The position numbers were made by a program, and so were the translations under genes. Below, in pieces: positions 23,831-35,240 of a stretch of 64,000 nucleotides of DNA (the stretch's first letter is position 1; each line of letters begins with the position of its first letter). The notes below the pieces were generated by a model. That model had not been told where the DNA came from. It made no database searches and worked only from the letters and a program-made list of their open reading frames with translations. This stretch comes from Escherichia coli (lineage in GTDB: Bacteria > Pseudomonadota > Gammaproteobacteria > Enterobacterales > Enterobacteriaceae), in assembly GCF_022846255.1 (NCBI RefSeq), contig NZ_AP025682.1; one strand, written 5' to 3'.

Positions 23831-24781
23831 TTATAGTTTGGCGGCAAGAAGATCTTCCAGTTTGCGTTGATCAACGGCGAACAGACGAATGCCTTCAGAC
23901 AGTTTTTCTACCGCCATCGCATCCTGATTGTGCTCCCAACGGAATTCCGCTTCGCTCATGGGAGCTGGGCGTGGGAACGTCTGAGAAGGTGGGATTAATT
24001 TACGTACCACTGGCGAAACTTTTTCCTGTAGCTCCTTCAGCAAATTCGGTGCGATAGTCAGTCGGTCGCAGCCGGTTAAGGCGAGGATTTGTTCGGTGCG
24101 ACGGAAGCTCGCGCCCATCACAATGGTTTCATAGTGGTGTTGCTTATAGTAGTCGTAGATATTGCGTACTGATTTAACGCCTGGATCTTCTTCCACCACA
24201 TACGGGTCCATCGGCTTGCGTGCCTGATACCAGTCATAAATACGCCCGACAAACGGCGAAATCAGAAAAACGCCTGCTTCTGCACAGGCCCGCGCCTGTG
24301 CAAAAGAAAACAGCAGCGTCAGGTTGCAGTTGATACCTTCTTTTTCCAGCTCTTCTGCCGCGCGAATTCCTTCCCAGGTCGAAGCCAGCTTGATCAGAAT
24401 GCGCGATTTCTCAACGCCTTGTTGCTGATACAAGTCCACCAGATGGCGCGCCTTCTCAATACTCTTTTCTTTATCAAAAGAGAGGCGTGCATCAACTTCT
24501 GTTGACACGCGACCGGGTACGATTTTGAGAATTTCAGCACCGAAATTGACCGCCAGTTTGTCACACGCTGCGACCACCTGTTGTTCCTGGGTCTTGCCAT
24601 TTTTTTTACCCCAGGCGATAGCATCGTCTATTAAATGCTCATATTGTGATAATCCGGCAGCCTTGAGTAACAGCGAAGGATTGGTGGTGGCATCCTGGGG
24701 ATGATAATGGCGAATGGACTCAATATCGCCGCTGTCTGCCACGACAGTGGTGAACTGTTTGATGCCGTCTAACTCGTTCAT
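23831..24781 (-). CDS. talA: transaldolase A (316 aa)
   Basis: ORF track; full-length transaldolase; forms talA-tktB operon. Confidence 0.95.
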   Translation of the reverse strand: MNELDGIKQFTTVVADSGDIESIRHYHPQDATTNPSLLLKAAGLSQYEHLIDDAIAWGKKNGKTQEQQVVAACDKLAVNFGAEILKIVPGRVSTEVDARLSFDKEKSIEKARHLVDLYQQQGVEKSRILIKLASTWEGIRAAEELEKEGINCNLTLLFSFAQARACAEAGVFLISPFVGRIYDWYQARKPMDPYVVEEDPGVKSVRNIYDYYKQHHYETIVMGASFRRTEQILALTGCDRLTIAPNLLKELQEKVSPVVRKLIPPSQTFPRPAPMSEAEFRWEHNQDAMAVEKLSEGIRLFAVDQRKLEDLLAAKL

Positions 24782-25069
24782 AGGAAATACTCCTTGAAAA
24801 GTAAAGTGTTAGATGAGTGCGTTAATTCACACTTCTGAGGAATTTCGCTAAACGCATCAAAAAAGCATAGCAGACAGGCATGGTATTGCTGGATTAAGCA
24901 GGTAACATCAGTGTTATAGGATTATTACCAAAACATTATATTAATGGTGAGAGTTTGGACTTGCTCAAAGTCTGTAGACTCCGGCAGGGTAATAATGTGC
25001 GCCACGTTGTGGACAGGGGCTGTTGCCCACACACTTTATTTGTGAACGTTACGTGAAAGGAACAACCAA

Positions 25070-27349
25070 ATGGATGACCAGTTAAAACAAAGTGCACTTG
25101 ATTTCCATGAATTTCCAGTTCCAGGGAAAATCCAGGTTTCTCCAACCAAGCCTCTGGCAACGCAGCGCGATCTGGCGCTGGCCTACTCACCAGGCGTTGC
25201 CGCACCTTGTCTTGAAATCGAAAAAGACCCGTTAAAAGCCTACAAATATACCGCGCGCGGTAACCTGGTAGCGGTGATCTCTAACGGTACGGCGGTGCTG
25301 GGGTTAGGCAACATTGGCGCGCTGGCAGGCAAACCGGTGATGGAAGGCAAGGGCGTTCTGTTTAAGAAATTCGCCGGGATTGATGTATTTGACATTGAAG
25401 TTGATGAACTCGACCCGGACAAATTTATTGAAGTCGTCGCTGCGCTCGAACCGACCTTCGGCGGCATCAACCTCGAAGACATTAAAGCGCCAGAATGTTT
25501 CTATATTGAACAGAAACTGCGCGAGCGGATGAATATTCCGGTATTCCACGACGATCAGCACGGCACGGCAATTATCAGCACTGCCGCCATCCTCAACGGC
25601 TTGCGCGTGGTGGAGAAAAACATCTCCGACGTGCGGATGGTGGTTTCTGGCGCGGGTGCCGCAGCAATTGCCTGTATGAACCTGCTGGTAGCGCTGGGTC
25701 TGCAAAAACATAACATCGTGGTTTGCGATTCAAAAGGCGTTATCTATCAGGGCCGTGAGCCAAACATGGCGGAAACCAAAGCCGCATACGCGGTGGTGGA
25801 TGACGGTAAACGTACCCTCGATGATGTGATTGAAGGCGCGGATATTTTCCTCGGCTGTTCCGGCCCGAAAGTGCTGACCCAGGAAATGGTGAAGAAAATG
25901 GCCCGTGCGCCAATGATCCTGGCGCTGGCGAATCCGGAACCGGAAATTCTGCCGCCGCTGGCGAAAGAAGTGCGTCCGGATGCCATCATCTGTACCGGCC
26001 GTTCCGACTACCCGAACCAGGTGAACAACGTTCTTTGCTTCCCGTTCATCTTCCGTGGCGCGCTGGACGTTGGCGCAACCGCCATCAACGAAGAGATGAA
26101 ACTGGCGGCGGTACGCGCAATTGCAGAACTGGCCCATGCGGAACAGAGTGAAGTGGTGGCTTCAGCGTATGGCGATCAGGATCTGAGCTTTGGTCCGGAA
26201 TACATCATTCCAAAACCGTTTGATCCGCGCTTGATCGTTAAGATCGCTCCTGCGGTCGCTAAAGCCGCGATGGAGTCGGGCGTGGCGACGCGTCCGATTG
26301 CTGATTTCGACGTCTACATCGACAAGCTGACGGAGTTCGTTTACAAAACCAACCTGTTTATGAAGCCGATTTTCTCCCAGGCTCGCAAAGCGCCGAAGCG
26401 CGTCGTTCTGCCGGAAGGGGAAGAGGCGCGCGTTCTGCATGCCACTCAGGAACTGGTAACGCTGGGGCTGGCGAAACCGATCCTTATCGGTCGTCCGAAT
26501 GTGATCGAAATGCGCATTCAGAAACTGGGCTTGCAGATCAAAGCGGGCGTTGATTTTGAGATCGTCAATAACGAATCCGATCCGCGCTTTAAAGAGTACT
26601 GGACCGAATACTTCCAGATCATGAAGCGTCGCGGTGTCACTCAGGAACAGGCGCAGCGTGCATTGATCAGTAACCCGACAGTGATTGGCGCGATCATGGT
26701 TCAGCGTGGCGAAGCCGATGCAATGATTTGCGGTACGGTGGGTGATTATCATGAACATTTTAGCGTGGTGAAAAATGTCTTTGGTTATCGCGATGGCGTT
26801 CACACCGCAGGTGCAATGAACGCGCTGCTGTTGCCGAGTGGTAACACCTTTATTGCCGATACCTACGTCAATGATGAGCCTGATGCAGAAGAGCTGGCGG
26901 AGATCACCTTGATGGCGGCAGAAACTGTTCGTCGTTTTGGTATTGAGCCGCGTGTGGCTCTGTTGTCGCACTCCAACTTTGGTTCTTCTGACTGCCCGTC
27001 GTCGAGCAAAATGCGTCAGGCGCTGGAACTGGTCAGGGAACGTGCACCAGAACTGATGATTGATGGTGAAATGCACGGCGATGCAGCGCTGGTGGAAGCG
27101 ATTCGCAACGACCGTATGCCGGACAGCCCTTTGAAAGGTTCCGCTAATATTCTGGTGATGCCGAACATGGAAGCTGCCCGCATTAGTTACAACTTACTGC
27201 GCGTTTCCAGCTCGGAAGGTGTGACTGTCGGTCCGGTGCTGATGGGCGTGGCGAAACCGGTTCACGTGTTAACGCCGATCGCATCTGTACGTCGTATCGT
27301 CAACATGGTGGCGCTGGCCGTGGTTGAAGCGCAAACCCAACCGCTGTAA
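25070..27349 (+). CDS. maeB: NADP-dependent malic enzyme MaeB with C-terminal phosphotransacetylase-like domain (759 aa)
   Basis: ORF track; malic enzyme N-terminal half plus Pta-like C-terminal half. Confidence 0.95.
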   Translation: MDDQLKQSALDFHEFPVPGKIQVSPTKPLATQRDLALAYSPGVAAPCLEIEKDPLKAYKYTARGNLVAVISNGTAVLGLGNIGALAGKPVMEGKGVLFKKFAGIDVFDIEVDELDPDKFIEVVAALEPTFGGINLEDIKAPECFYIEQKLRERMNIPVFHDDQHGTAIISTAAILNGLRVVEKNISDVRMVVSGAGAAAIACMNLLVALGLQKHNIVVCDSKGVIYQGREPNMAETKAAYAVVDDGKRTLDDVIEGADIFLGCSGPKVLTQEMVKKMARAPMILALANPEPEILPPLAKEVRPDAIICTGRSDYPNQVNNVLCFPFIFRGALDVGATAINEEMKLAAVRAIAELAHAEQSEVVASAYGDQDLSFGPEYIIPKPFDPRLIVKIAPAVAKAAMESGVATRPIADFDVYIDKLTEFVYKTNLFMKPIFSQARKAPKRVVLPEGEEARVLHATQELVTLGLAKPILIGRPNVIEMRIQKLGLQIKAGVDFEIVNNESDPRFKEYWTEYFQIMKRRGVTQEQAQRALISNPTVIGAIMVQRGEADAMICGTVGDYHEHFSVVKNVFGYRDGVHTAGAMNALLLPSGNTFIADTYVNDEPDAEELAEITLMAAETVRRFGIEPRVALLSHSNFGSSDCPSSSKMRQALELVRERAPELMIDGEMHGDAALVEAIRNDRMPDSPLKGSANILVMPNMEAARISYNLLRVSSSEGVTVGPVLMGVAKPVHVLTPIASVRRIVNMVALAVVEAQTQPL

Positions 27350-27393
27350 TTCTTTTTTAACTCTCACGCTTACCCTGAATATTCAGGGTAAGC

Positions 27394-27641
27394 GGTTTAG
27401 CTGCAATATATTAGTAAAGTTTATTACTGAGTTTGCGAATAATAAAAAAATCAGTATATAAAATATCTCGATATTATTTTATTTATATTCATGCGTTGCA
27501 TATGAAAGTTTATGCACCACATCAAATATCTCTCCATTCTTAGTGATCTACCTCACCTTTTAAACGCGCTTGCCGAATTTTGTTATTTACTCTGACGAAA
27601 AATTGTCACGATACACGAAAGTTTTTCACAGGCGGCGACTC
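27394..27641 (+). promoter_or_regulatory. AT-rich eut operon upstream region (expected main promoter and EutR target)
   Basis: About 250 bp strongly AT-rich between the maeB terminator palindrome and eutS; exact -35/-10 not assigned. Confidence 0.4.
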
Positions 27642-27977
27642 ATGGATAAAGAACGCATCATTCAGGAATTTGTGCCCGGTAAACAGGTCACACTGGCGCA
27701 TCTCATCGCGCATCCCGGCGAGGAACTGGCGAAGAAAATCGGCGTTCCGGATGCGGGCGCAATCGGCATTATGACGCTAACTCCCGGAGAAACGGCGATG
27801 ATCGCCGGTGATTTAGCGTTGAAAGCCGCCGATGTGCATATCGGTTTTCTCGACCGTTTTAGCGGCGCGCTGGTGATTTATGGCTCGGTGGGCGCAGTAG
27901 AAGAAGCGTTATCACAAACCGTCAGTGGTTTAGGACGCTTATTAAATTATACGCTTTGTGAAATGACCAAAAGTTAA
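27642..27977 (+). CDS. eutS: EutS bacterial microcompartment shell protein (111 aa)
   Basis: Start at [15 protein letters not shown] inside ORF-track ORF 27570..27977; first gene of eut operon. Confidence 0.9.
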
Positions 27978-27989
27978 TACGAGGCATTC

Positions 27990-28469
27990 ATGAAACGAAT
28001 TGCGTTTGTGGGTACCGTCGGGGCAGGAAAAACAACGTTATTTAATGCGTTGCAGGGGAATTATACCCTCGCAAGAAAAACACAGGCCGTGGAATTTAAT
28101 GATAATGGCGATATCGATACGCCGGGTGAATATTTTAGCCATCCCCGCTGGTATCACGCCTTAATTACCACGCTACAGGATGTGGACATGCTGATCTATG
28201 TCCACGGCGCGAATGACCCGGAAAGTCGGTTGCCTGCCGGGTTGCTGGATATTGGCGTCAGCAAACGGCAAATCGCCGTCATCAGTAAAACGGACATGCC
28301 AGATGCTGACGTCGCCGCAACGCGAAAGTTATTGCTTGAGACGGGCTTCGAAGAGCCGATTTTCGAGCTAAACAGCCACGACCCGCAAAGCGTGCAGCAA
28401 CTGGTGGATTATCTGGCATCTCTCACCAAACAGGAGGAAGCAGGTGAAAAAACTCATCACAGCGAATGA
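27990..28469 (+). CDS. eutP: EutP, EutP/PduV-family P-loop protein (159 aa)
   Basis: Walker A GTVGAGKTT; overlaps eutQ start. Confidence 0.9.
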   Translation: MKRIAFVGTVGAGKTTLFNALQGNYTLARKTQAVEFNDNGDIDTPGEYFSHPRWYHALITTLQDVDMLIYVHGANDPESRLPAGLLDIGVSKRQIAVISKTDMPDADVAATRKLLLETGFEEPIFELNSHDPQSVQQLVDYLASLTKQEEAGEKTHHSE

Positions 28470-29145
28470 TATTCGTGAAGCACACGCGCGCGGCGAACTG
28501 GCAATGTCCGTGGTTCTGCGCGCCAGCATTATTACCCCGGAAGCTCGTGAAGTGGCTGATCTGTTGGGTTTTACCATCACCGAATGTGATGAATCGATCC
28601 CGGTAACGGCGTCTGTTCCCGCCAGCGCATCAGCCGATAAAACCGAAAGCCAGCGCATCCGTGAAACCATTATCGCCCAACTGCCGGAAGGTCAGTTTAC
28701 CGAAAGCCTGGTCGCGCAGCTGATGGAAAAAGTGATGAAGGAAAAACAGTCGCTGGAACAGGGTGCACTGCAGCCGAGCTTTAAATCGGTGACCGGCAAA
28801 GGCGGCATCAAAGTTATTGATGGCAGCAGCGTCAAGTTTGGTCGTTTCGACGGCGCACAGCCGCACTGTGTAGGCTTGACTGATCTCGTGACCGGAGACG
28901 ACGGCAGCAGTATGGCCGCTGGTTTCATGCAGTGGGAGAACGCATTCTTCCCGTGGACTCTGAACTACGACGAAATCGACATGGTGCTGGAAGGGGAGCT
29001 GCATGTTCGCCACGAAGGCGAAACTATGATCGCCAAAGCGGGCGATGTGATGTTTATCCCGAAAGGCTCCAGCATCGAATTTGGTACGACATCCAGCGTG
29101 AAATTTCTGTATGTCGCCTGGCCGGCTAACTGGCAATCCCTATGA
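28444..29145 (+). CDS. eutQ: EutQ cupin-fold microcompartment-associated protein (233 aa)
   Basis: ORF track; position and length match EutQ. Confidence 0.9.
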   Translation: MKKLITANDIREAHARGELAMSVVLRASIITPEAREVADLLGFTITECDESIPVTASVPASASADKTESQRIRETIIAQLPEGQFTESLVAQLMEKVMKEKQSLEQGALQPSFKSVTGKGGIKVIDGSSVKFGRFDGAQPHCVGLTDLVTGDDGSSMAAGFMQWENAFFPWTLNYDEIDMVLEGELHVRHEGETMIAKAGDVMFIPKGSSIEFGTTSSVKFLYVAWPANWQSL

Positions 29146-29945
29146 AAGATTTCATCACCGAAGCATGGCTAAGAGCGAACCATACGCTCAGCGAAGGCGC
29201 AGAGATCCATCTCCCTGCGGACAGTCGCCTGACGCCCTCTGCCCGGGAGTTACTGGAAAGCCGCCATCTGCGCATCAAGTTTATTGACGAGCAGGGCCGC
29301 CTGTTTGTTGACGATGAACAGCAGCAGCCGCAGCCCGTTCACGGGCTGACCAGTAGCGATGAACATCCGCAGGCGTGCTGCGAACTGTGCCGCCAGCCGG
29401 TGGCAAAAAAGCCGGATACGCTGACTCACCTGTCGGCGGAAAAAATAGTTGCCAAAAGCGATCCGCGCCTGGCTTTTCGCGCTGTTCTCGACAGCACCAT
29501 TGCGCTGGCAGTGTGGCTGCAAATTGAACTGGCGGAACCGTGGCAGCCGTGGCTGGCGGATATCCGTTCGCGTCTTGGCAACATTATGCGCGCTGATGCG
29601 CTGGGGGAACCGCTGGCCTGCCAGGCGATTGTCGGGCTTTCTGACGAAGATCTGCATCGGCTTTCTCATCAACCGCTGCGCTATCTTGGTCACGATCATC
29701 TGGTGCCGGAAGCCAGCCACGGACGCGATGCGGCGTTGCTCAATCTGCTACGCACCAAAGTGCGGGAAACCGAAACCGTAGCAGCGCAGGTATTTATCAC
29801 CCGCAGCTTTGAAGTATTACGCCCGGACATCTTGCAGGCGCTGAACCGCCTTTCCAGCACGGTTTACGTGATGATGATCCTGAGCGTAGCGAAACAACCG
29901 CTAACGGTGAAGCAGATCCAACAACGACTGGGGGAAACGCAATGA
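29142..29945 (+). CDS. eutT: EutT corrinoid adenosyltransferase (267 aa)
   Basis: ORF track; 4-bp overlap with eutQ stop. Confidence 0.9.
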
Positions 29946-30958
29946 TTATTGAACGTTGTCGTGAACTGGCGTTGCGAGCGCCCGCCAGAGTAGTTTTTCC
30001 GGATGCGTTAGATCAACGTGTGCTGAAAGCTGCGCAATATTTACATCAACAAGGTCTGGCAACGCCCATTCTGGTCGCCAATCCGTTTGAACTTCGTCAG
30101 TTTGCGCTCAGTCACGGCGTGGCGATGGACGGGCTACAGGTGATAGATCCGCATGGCAACCTCGCAATGCGGGAAGAATTTGCTCATCGCTGGCTGGCCC
30201 GCGCGGGCGAAAAAACGCCGCCGGATGCGCTGGAAAAACTTACCGATCCGCTGATGTTCGCCGCCGCAATGGTCAGCGCCGGTAAAGCGGATGTCTGTAT
30301 CGCGGGCAACCTCTCTTCCACGGCGAATGTGCTGCGTGCCGGATTACGCATTATCGGCTTGCAGCCAGGCTGTAAAACGCTCTCATCCATTTTCCTGATG
30401 CTGCCACAGTACAGCGGTCCGGCGTTGGGTTTTGCCGATTGCAGCGTGGTGCCACAGCCGACGGCGGCACAACTGGCGGATATCGCGCTTGCCAGCGCCG
30501 AAACCTGGCGCGCCATCACCGGAGAAGAACCGCGCGTGGCGATGCTGTCGTTTTCCAGCAACGGTAGTGCCCGTCACCCCTGCGTTGCCAACGTCCAGCA
30601 GGCGACAGAAATCGTCCGTGAGCGCGCACCAAAGCTGGTTGTCGATGGCGAGTTGCAGTTTGACGCCGCCTTCGTGCCGGAAGTGGCGGCGCAAAAAGCG
30701 CCTGCCAGCCCGTTACAGGGCAAAGCCAATGTGATGGTTTTTCCGTCGCTGGAGGCAGGAAATATTGGCTACAAAATCGCACAACGACTTGGCGGATATC
30801 GTGCCGTCGGGCCATTGATACAAGGACTTGCCGCGCCGATGCACGATCTCTCTCGTGGTTGTAGCGTGCAGGAAATTATCGAACTGGCGCTGGTGGCAGC
30901 TGTGCCGCGTCAGACAGAAGTGAACCGCGAAAGCAGTTTACAAACACTGGTTGAATGA
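29942..30958 (+). CDS. eutD: EutD phosphotransacetylase (338 aa)
   Basis: ORF track; Pta-family protein, 4-bp overlap with eutT. Confidence 0.92.
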
Positions 30959-30996
30959 ACGGTCCCGTTCTGGACCCTGATAAAGAGGAAAGCACA

Positions 30997-31290
30997 ATGG
31001 AAGCATTAGGAATGATCGAAACCCGGGGCCTGGTTGCACTGATTGAGGCTTCTGACGCGATGGTTAAAGCTGCGCGCGTCAAGCTGGTTGGTGTTAAGCA
31101 GATTGGCGGCGGCCTGTGTACTGCCATGGTTCGTGGTGATGTTGCAGCCTGTAAAGCCGCGACCGATGCCGGTGCCGCAGCGGCACAGCGTATCGGCGAG
31201 CTGGTATCTGTACACGTTATCCCGCGTCCGCACGGCGACCTGGAAGAAGTCTTCCCGATCGGCCTGAAAGGCGATAGCAGCAACCTGTAA
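30997..31290 (+). CDS. eutM: EutM BMC-H major shell protein (97 aa)
   Basis: [31 protein letters not shown]-domain N-terminus; GAGGAAAG Shine-Dalgarno upstream. Confidence 0.92.
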   Translation: MEALGMIETRGLVALIEASDAMVKAARVKLVGVKQIGGGLCTAMVRGDVAACKAATDAGAAAAQRIGELVSVHVIPRPHGDLEEVFPIGLKGDSSNL

Positions 31291-31396
31291 TCACCCTGTG
31301 TGACGTCGATTCGGGCGTCACGCTCTCTCCTTTTTCATTTTACCTTCTGCGGAGGGTAGGGGGAGCTTTTACCTGAAATACGCCACGGAGGCGGGT

Positions 31397-31684
31397 ATGA
31401 AACTGGCAGTCGTCACTGGACAAATTGTTTGTACCGTACGCCATCACGGACTGGCGCATGACAAATTGCTGATGGTGGAAATGATTGATCCACAAGGTAA
31501 TCCTGACGGGCAATGCGCCGTCGCCATCGACAATATTGGCGCGGGAACCGGGGAGTGGGTGTTACTGGTGAGTGGCAGTTCCGCCCGCCAGGCGCATAAA
31601 AGCGAAACGTCACCGGTCGATCTGTGCGTGATTGGCATTGTCGATGAGGTGGTGTCTGGCGGTCAGGTCATTTTCCACAAATAA
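31397..31684 (+). CDS. eutN: EutN microcompartment vertex protein (95 aa)
   Basis: ORF track; EutN/CcmL-type small protein. Confidence 0.9.
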   Translation: MKLAVVTGQIVCTVRHHGLAHDKLLMVEMIDPQGNPDGQCAVAIDNIGAGTGEWVLLVSGSSARQAHKSETSPVDLCVIGIVDEVVSGGQVIFHK

Positions 31685-31695
31685 GGCAGAACATC

Positions 31696-33099
31696 ATGAA
31701 TCAACAGGATATTGAACAGGTGGTGAAAGCGGTACTGCTGAAAATGCAAAGCAGTGACACGCCGCCCGCCGCCGTTCATGAGATGGGCGTTTTCGCGTCC
31801 CTGGATGACGCCGTTGCGGCAGCCAAAGTCGCCCAGCAAGGGTTAAAAAGCGTGGCAATGCGCCAGTTAGCCATTGCTGCCATTCGTGAGGCAGGCGAAA
31901 AACACGCCAGAGATTTAGCGGAACTTGCCGTCAGTGAAACCGGCATGGGGCGCGTTGAAGATAAATTTGCCAAAAACGTCGCTCAGGCGCGCGGCACACC
32001 AGGCGTTGAGTGCCTCTCACCACAGGTGCTGACCGGTGACAACGGCCTGACCCTGATTGAAAACGCGCCCTGGGGCGTGGTGGCTTCGGTAACTCCGTCC
32101 ACCAACCCGGCGGCAACCGTAATTAATAACGCCATCAGCCTGATTGCCGCGGGCAACAGCGTCATTTTTGCCCCGCATCCGGCGGCGAAAAAAGTCTCCC
32201 AGCGGGCGATTACGCTGCTCAACCAGGCGATTGTTGCCGCAGGCGGGCCGGAAAACTTACTGGTTACTGTGGCCAATCCGGATATCGAAACCGCGCAACG
32301 TTTGTTCAAGTTCCCGGGTATCGGCCTGCTGGTGGTGACCGGCGGCGAAGCGGTAGTGGAAGCGGCGCGTAAACACACCAATAAACGTCTGATTGCCGCA
32401 GGCGCTGGCAACCCGCCGGTAGTTGTGGATGAAACCGCTGACCTCGCCCGTGCTGCTCAGTCCATCGTCAAAGGCGCGTCTTTCGATAACAACATCATTT
32501 GTGCCGACGAAAAGGTACTGATTGTTGTTGATAGCGTAGCCGATGAACTGATGCGTCTGATGGAAGGCCAGCATGCGGTGAAACTGACCGCAGAGCAGGC
32601 GCAGCAACTGCAATCGGTGTTGCTGAAAAATATCGACGAGTGCGGAAAAGGCACCGTCAGCCGTGACTGGGTTGGTCGCGATGCGGCGAAAATCGCGGCG
32701 GCAATCGGCCTTAAAGTTCCGGAACAAACGCGACTGCTGTTTGTAGAAACCTCCGCAGAACATCCGTTTGCTGTGACTGAACTGATGATGCCGGTGCTGC
32801 CCGTCGTGCGCGTCGCCAACGTGGCGGATGCCATTGCGCTGGCGGTGAAACTGGAAGGCGGTTGCCACCACACGGCGGCAATGCACTCGCGCAACATCGA
32901 AAACATGAACCAGATGGCGAACGCCATTGATACCAGCATTTTCGTTAAGAACGGACCGTGCATTGCCGGGCTGGGGCTGGGCGGGGAAGGCTGGACCACC
33001 ATGACCATCACCACGCCAACCGGTGAAGGGGTAACCAGCGCGCGGACGTTTGTCCGTCTGCGTCGCTGTGTATTAGTCGATGCGTTTCGCATTGTTTAA
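31696..33099 (+). CDS. eutE: EutE CoA-acylating acetaldehyde dehydrogenase (467 aa)
   Basis: ORF track; aldehyde dehydrogenase family; N-terminal encapsulation-peptide-like helix. Confidence 0.93.
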   Translation: MNQQDIEQVVKAVLLKMQSSDTPPAAVHEMGVFASLDDAVAAAKVAQQGLKSVAMRQLAIAAIREAGEKHARDLAELAVSETGMGRVEDKFAKNVAQARGTPGVECLSPQVLTGDNGLTLIENAPWGVVASVTPSTNPAATVINNAISLIAAGNSVIFAPHPAAKKVSQRAITLLNQAIVAAGGPENLLVTVANPDIETAQRLFKFPGIGLLVVTGGEAVVEAARKHTNKRLIAAGAGNPPVVVDETADLARAAQSIVKGASFDNNIICADEKVLIVVDSVADELMRLMEGQHAVKLTAEQAQQLQSVLLKNIDECGKGTVSRDWVGRDAAKIAAAIGLKVPEQTRLLFVETSAEHPFAVTELMMPVLPVVRVANVADAIALAVKLEGGCHHTAAMHSRNIENMNQMANAIDTSIFVKNGPCIAGLGLGGEGWTTMTITTPTGEGVTSARTFVRLRRCVLVDAFRIV

Positions 33100-33109
33100 G
33101 GAGTAACAG

Positions 33110-33946
33110 ATGGCGCACGACGAACAATGGCTCACCCCACGTCTGCAAACGGCGGCAACGCTGTGTAACCAGACGCCCGCCGCGACGGAATCTCCGCTGT
33201 GGCTGGGGGTGGATCTGGGCACCTGCGATGTGGTGTCGATGATTGTTGACTGCGACGGTCAGCCGGTGGCGGTATGCCTCGACTGGGCCGATGTGGTCCG
33301 CGACGGCATCGTCTGGGATTTCTTCGGTGCGGTCACCATTGTTCGTCGCCATCTCGACACCCTCGAGCAGCAATTCGGTCGCCGTTTTAGCCATGCGGCG
33401 ACCTCTTTTCCTCCAGGCACGGACCCGCGTATTTCCATCAACGTGCTGGAGTCTGCCGGACTGGAAGTGAGCCATGTGCTGGATGAGCCAACCGCAGTTG
33501 CGGATCTGCTGCAACTGGACAACGCCGGTGTAGTGGATATCGGCGGCGGCACTACCGGCATTGCCATCGTGAAAAAAGGCAAAGTGACGTACTCGGCGGA
33601 TGAAGCCACCGGCGGACATCACATCTCTCTGACTCTCGCCGGAAATCGTCGTATTTCGCTGGAAGAGGCAGAGCAGTACAAGCGCGGTCACGGTGAAGAG
33701 ATTTGGCCCGCGGTGAAACCGGTGTACGAAAAAATGGCGGACATTGTCGCCCGGCATATTGAAGGGCAGGGCATTACGGATTTATGGCTGGCGGGCGGCT
33801 CTTGTATGCAACCGGGCGTGGCGGAACTGTTTCGCAAACAATTCCCGGCGTTACAGGTGCATTTACCGCAGCACAGTTTGTTTATGACCCCGCTGGCGAT
33901 CGCCAGTAGCGGGCGAGAGAAAGCGGAGGGGCTATATGCAAAATGA
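33110..33946 (+). CDS. eutJ: EutJ actin/Hsp70-fold chaperone-like protein (278 aa)
   Basis: ORF track; DLGTCD and GGGTTG ATPase-fold motifs. Confidence 0.9.
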   Translation: MAHDEQWLTPRLQTAATLCNQTPAATESPLWLGVDLGTCDVVSMIVDCDGQPVAVCLDWADVVRDGIVWDFFGAVTIVRRHLDTLEQQFGRRFSHAATSFPPGTDPRISINVLESAGLEVSHVLDEPTAVADLLQLDNAGVVDIGGGTTGIAIVKKGKVTYSADEATGGHHISLTLAGNRRISLEEAEQYKRGHGEEIWPAVKPVYEKMADIVARHIEGQGITDLWLAGGSCMQPGVAELFRKQFPALQVHLPQHSLFMTPLAIASSGREKAEGLYAK

Positions 33947-35123
33947 ATTGCAGACCGCGCTCTTTCAGGCGTTCGATACCCTGAATCTGCAACGGGTAAA
34001 AACATTTAGCGTTCCACCGGTGACGCTTTGCGGTCCGGGCGCGGTGAGCAGTTGTGGGCAGCAAGCGCAAACGCGTGGGCTGAAACATCTGTTCGTGATG
34101 GCAGACAGCTTTTTGCATCAGACCGGGATGACCGCCGGGCTGACGCGTAGCCTGGCCGTTAAAGGTATCGCCATGACGCTCTGGCCATGTCCGGTGGGCG
34201 AACCATGCATCACCGACGTGTGTGCAGCCGTGGCGCAGTTGCGTGAATCAGGTTGTGACGGGGTGATCGCGTTTGGCGGCGGCTCGGTGCTGGATGCGGC
34301 GAAAGCCGTGGCGTTGCTGGTGACGAACCCGGATAGCACGCTGGCAGAAATGTCAGAAACCAGCGTTCTGCAACCGCGCCTGCCGTTGATTGCCATTCCA
34401 ACGACCGCCGGAACCGGCTCTGAAACGACTAACGTGACGGTGATTATCGATGCGGTAAGCGGGCGCAAACAGGTGTTAGCCCATGCCTCGCTGATGCCGG
34501 ATGTGGCGATCCTCGACGCCGCATTGACCGAAGGTGTGCCGTCGCATGTCACGGCGATGACTGGCATTGATGCGTTAACCCATGCCATTGAAGCGTACAG
34601 CGCGCTGAACGCCACACCGTTTACCGACAGTCTGGCGATTGGTGCCATTGCGATGATTGGCAAATCGCTGCCGAAAGCGGTGGGCTACGGTCATGACCTT
34701 GCCGCGCGCGAGAGCATGTTGCTGGCTTCATGTATGGCGGGAATGGCGTTTTCCAGTGCCGGACTTGGGTTGTGCCACGCGATGGCGCATCAGCCAGGGG
34801 CGGCGCTGCATATTCCGCACGGTCTGGCGAACGCCATGTTGTTGCCAACGGTGATGGAATTTAACCGGATGGTTTGTCGTGATCGGTTTAGTCAGATTGG
34901 TCGGGCGCTGCGAACTAAAAAATCCGACGATCGTGACGCTATTAACGCGGTAAGTGAGCTGATTGCGGAAGTCGGGATTGGTAAACGACTGGGCGATGTT
35001 GGTGCGACATCTGCGCATTACGGTGCATGGGCGCAGGCCGCGCTGGAAGATATTTGTCTGCGCAGTAACCCGCGTACCGCCAGCCTGGAGCAGATTATTG
35101 GTCTGTATGCTGCGGCGCTATAA
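33936..35123 (+). CDS. eutG: EutG iron-containing alcohol dehydrogenase (395 aa)
   Basis: ORF track; Fe-ADH family; overlaps eutJ by 11 bp. Confidence 0.92.
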   Translation: MQNELQTALFQAFDTLNLQRVKTFSVPPVTLCGPGAVSSCGQQAQTRGLKHLFVMADSFLHQTGMTAGLTRSLAVKGIAMTLWPCPVGEPCITDVCAAVAQLRESGCDGVIAFGGGSVLDAAKAVALLVTNPDSTLAEMSETSVLQPRLPLIAIPTTAGTGSETTNVTVIIDAVSGRKQVLAHASLMPDVAILDAALTEGVPSHVTAMTGIDALTHAIEAYSALNATPFTDSLAIGAIAMIGKSLPKAVGYGHDLAARESMLLASCMAGMAFSSAGLGLCHAMAHQPGAALHIPHGLANAMLLPTVMEFNRMVCRDRFSQIGRALRTKKSDDRDAINAVSELIAEVGIGKRLGDVGATSAHYGAWAQAALEDICLRSNPRTASLEQIIGLYAAAL

Positions 35124-35135
35124 AAGTGTACGGAC

Positions 35136-35240
35136 AGTCCCCTCGCCCCTTTGGGGAGAGGGTTAGGGTGAGGGGAACAGAGTCGCGCCGGTGCAAACAA
35201 TTACCCTCACCCCGGCCCCTCGGCTTCCAGAGTGAGGGAA
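35136..35240. repeat. GC-rich imperfect palindromic repeat in the eutG-eutH spacer
   Basis: cccctcgcccctttggggagaggg and gggtgagggg...ccctcacccc inverted repeats; family not assigned with confidence. Confidence 0.55.

Noticed and set aside
23812-23874. N-terminal extensions offered by the ORF track (tktB here; also gcvR to 3654, dapA from 3716, eutS from 27570, ypeA from 44361, yfeX from 46038, ucpA from 49679, cysM from 54561, zipA from 61979)
   Set aside because: The recognised proteins start at internal ATG/GTG/TTG codons with better RBS placement; the longer forms would overlap neighbouring genes or promoters.
22432-24057. 541-aa plus-strand ORF
   Set aside because: It lies entirely antisense to tktB and talA, both recognised full-length genes, and is arginine/histidine-rich with no recognisable domain. 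This is a typical open antisense frame of GC-rich coding DNA.
26162-27076. 304-aa minus-strand ORF
   Set aside because: Antisense to maeB; compositionally biased (R/H/F-rich) and no homolog recalled.
33008-33757. 249-aa minus-strand ORF
   Set aside because: Antisense to the eutE/eutJ junction; no independent support.
35018-35200. 60-aa minus-strand ORF (..SPHPNPLPKGARG..) in the eutG-eutH spacer
   Set aside because: It translates the GC-rich palindromic repeat; such repeat-derived ORFs are recurrent annotation artefacts.
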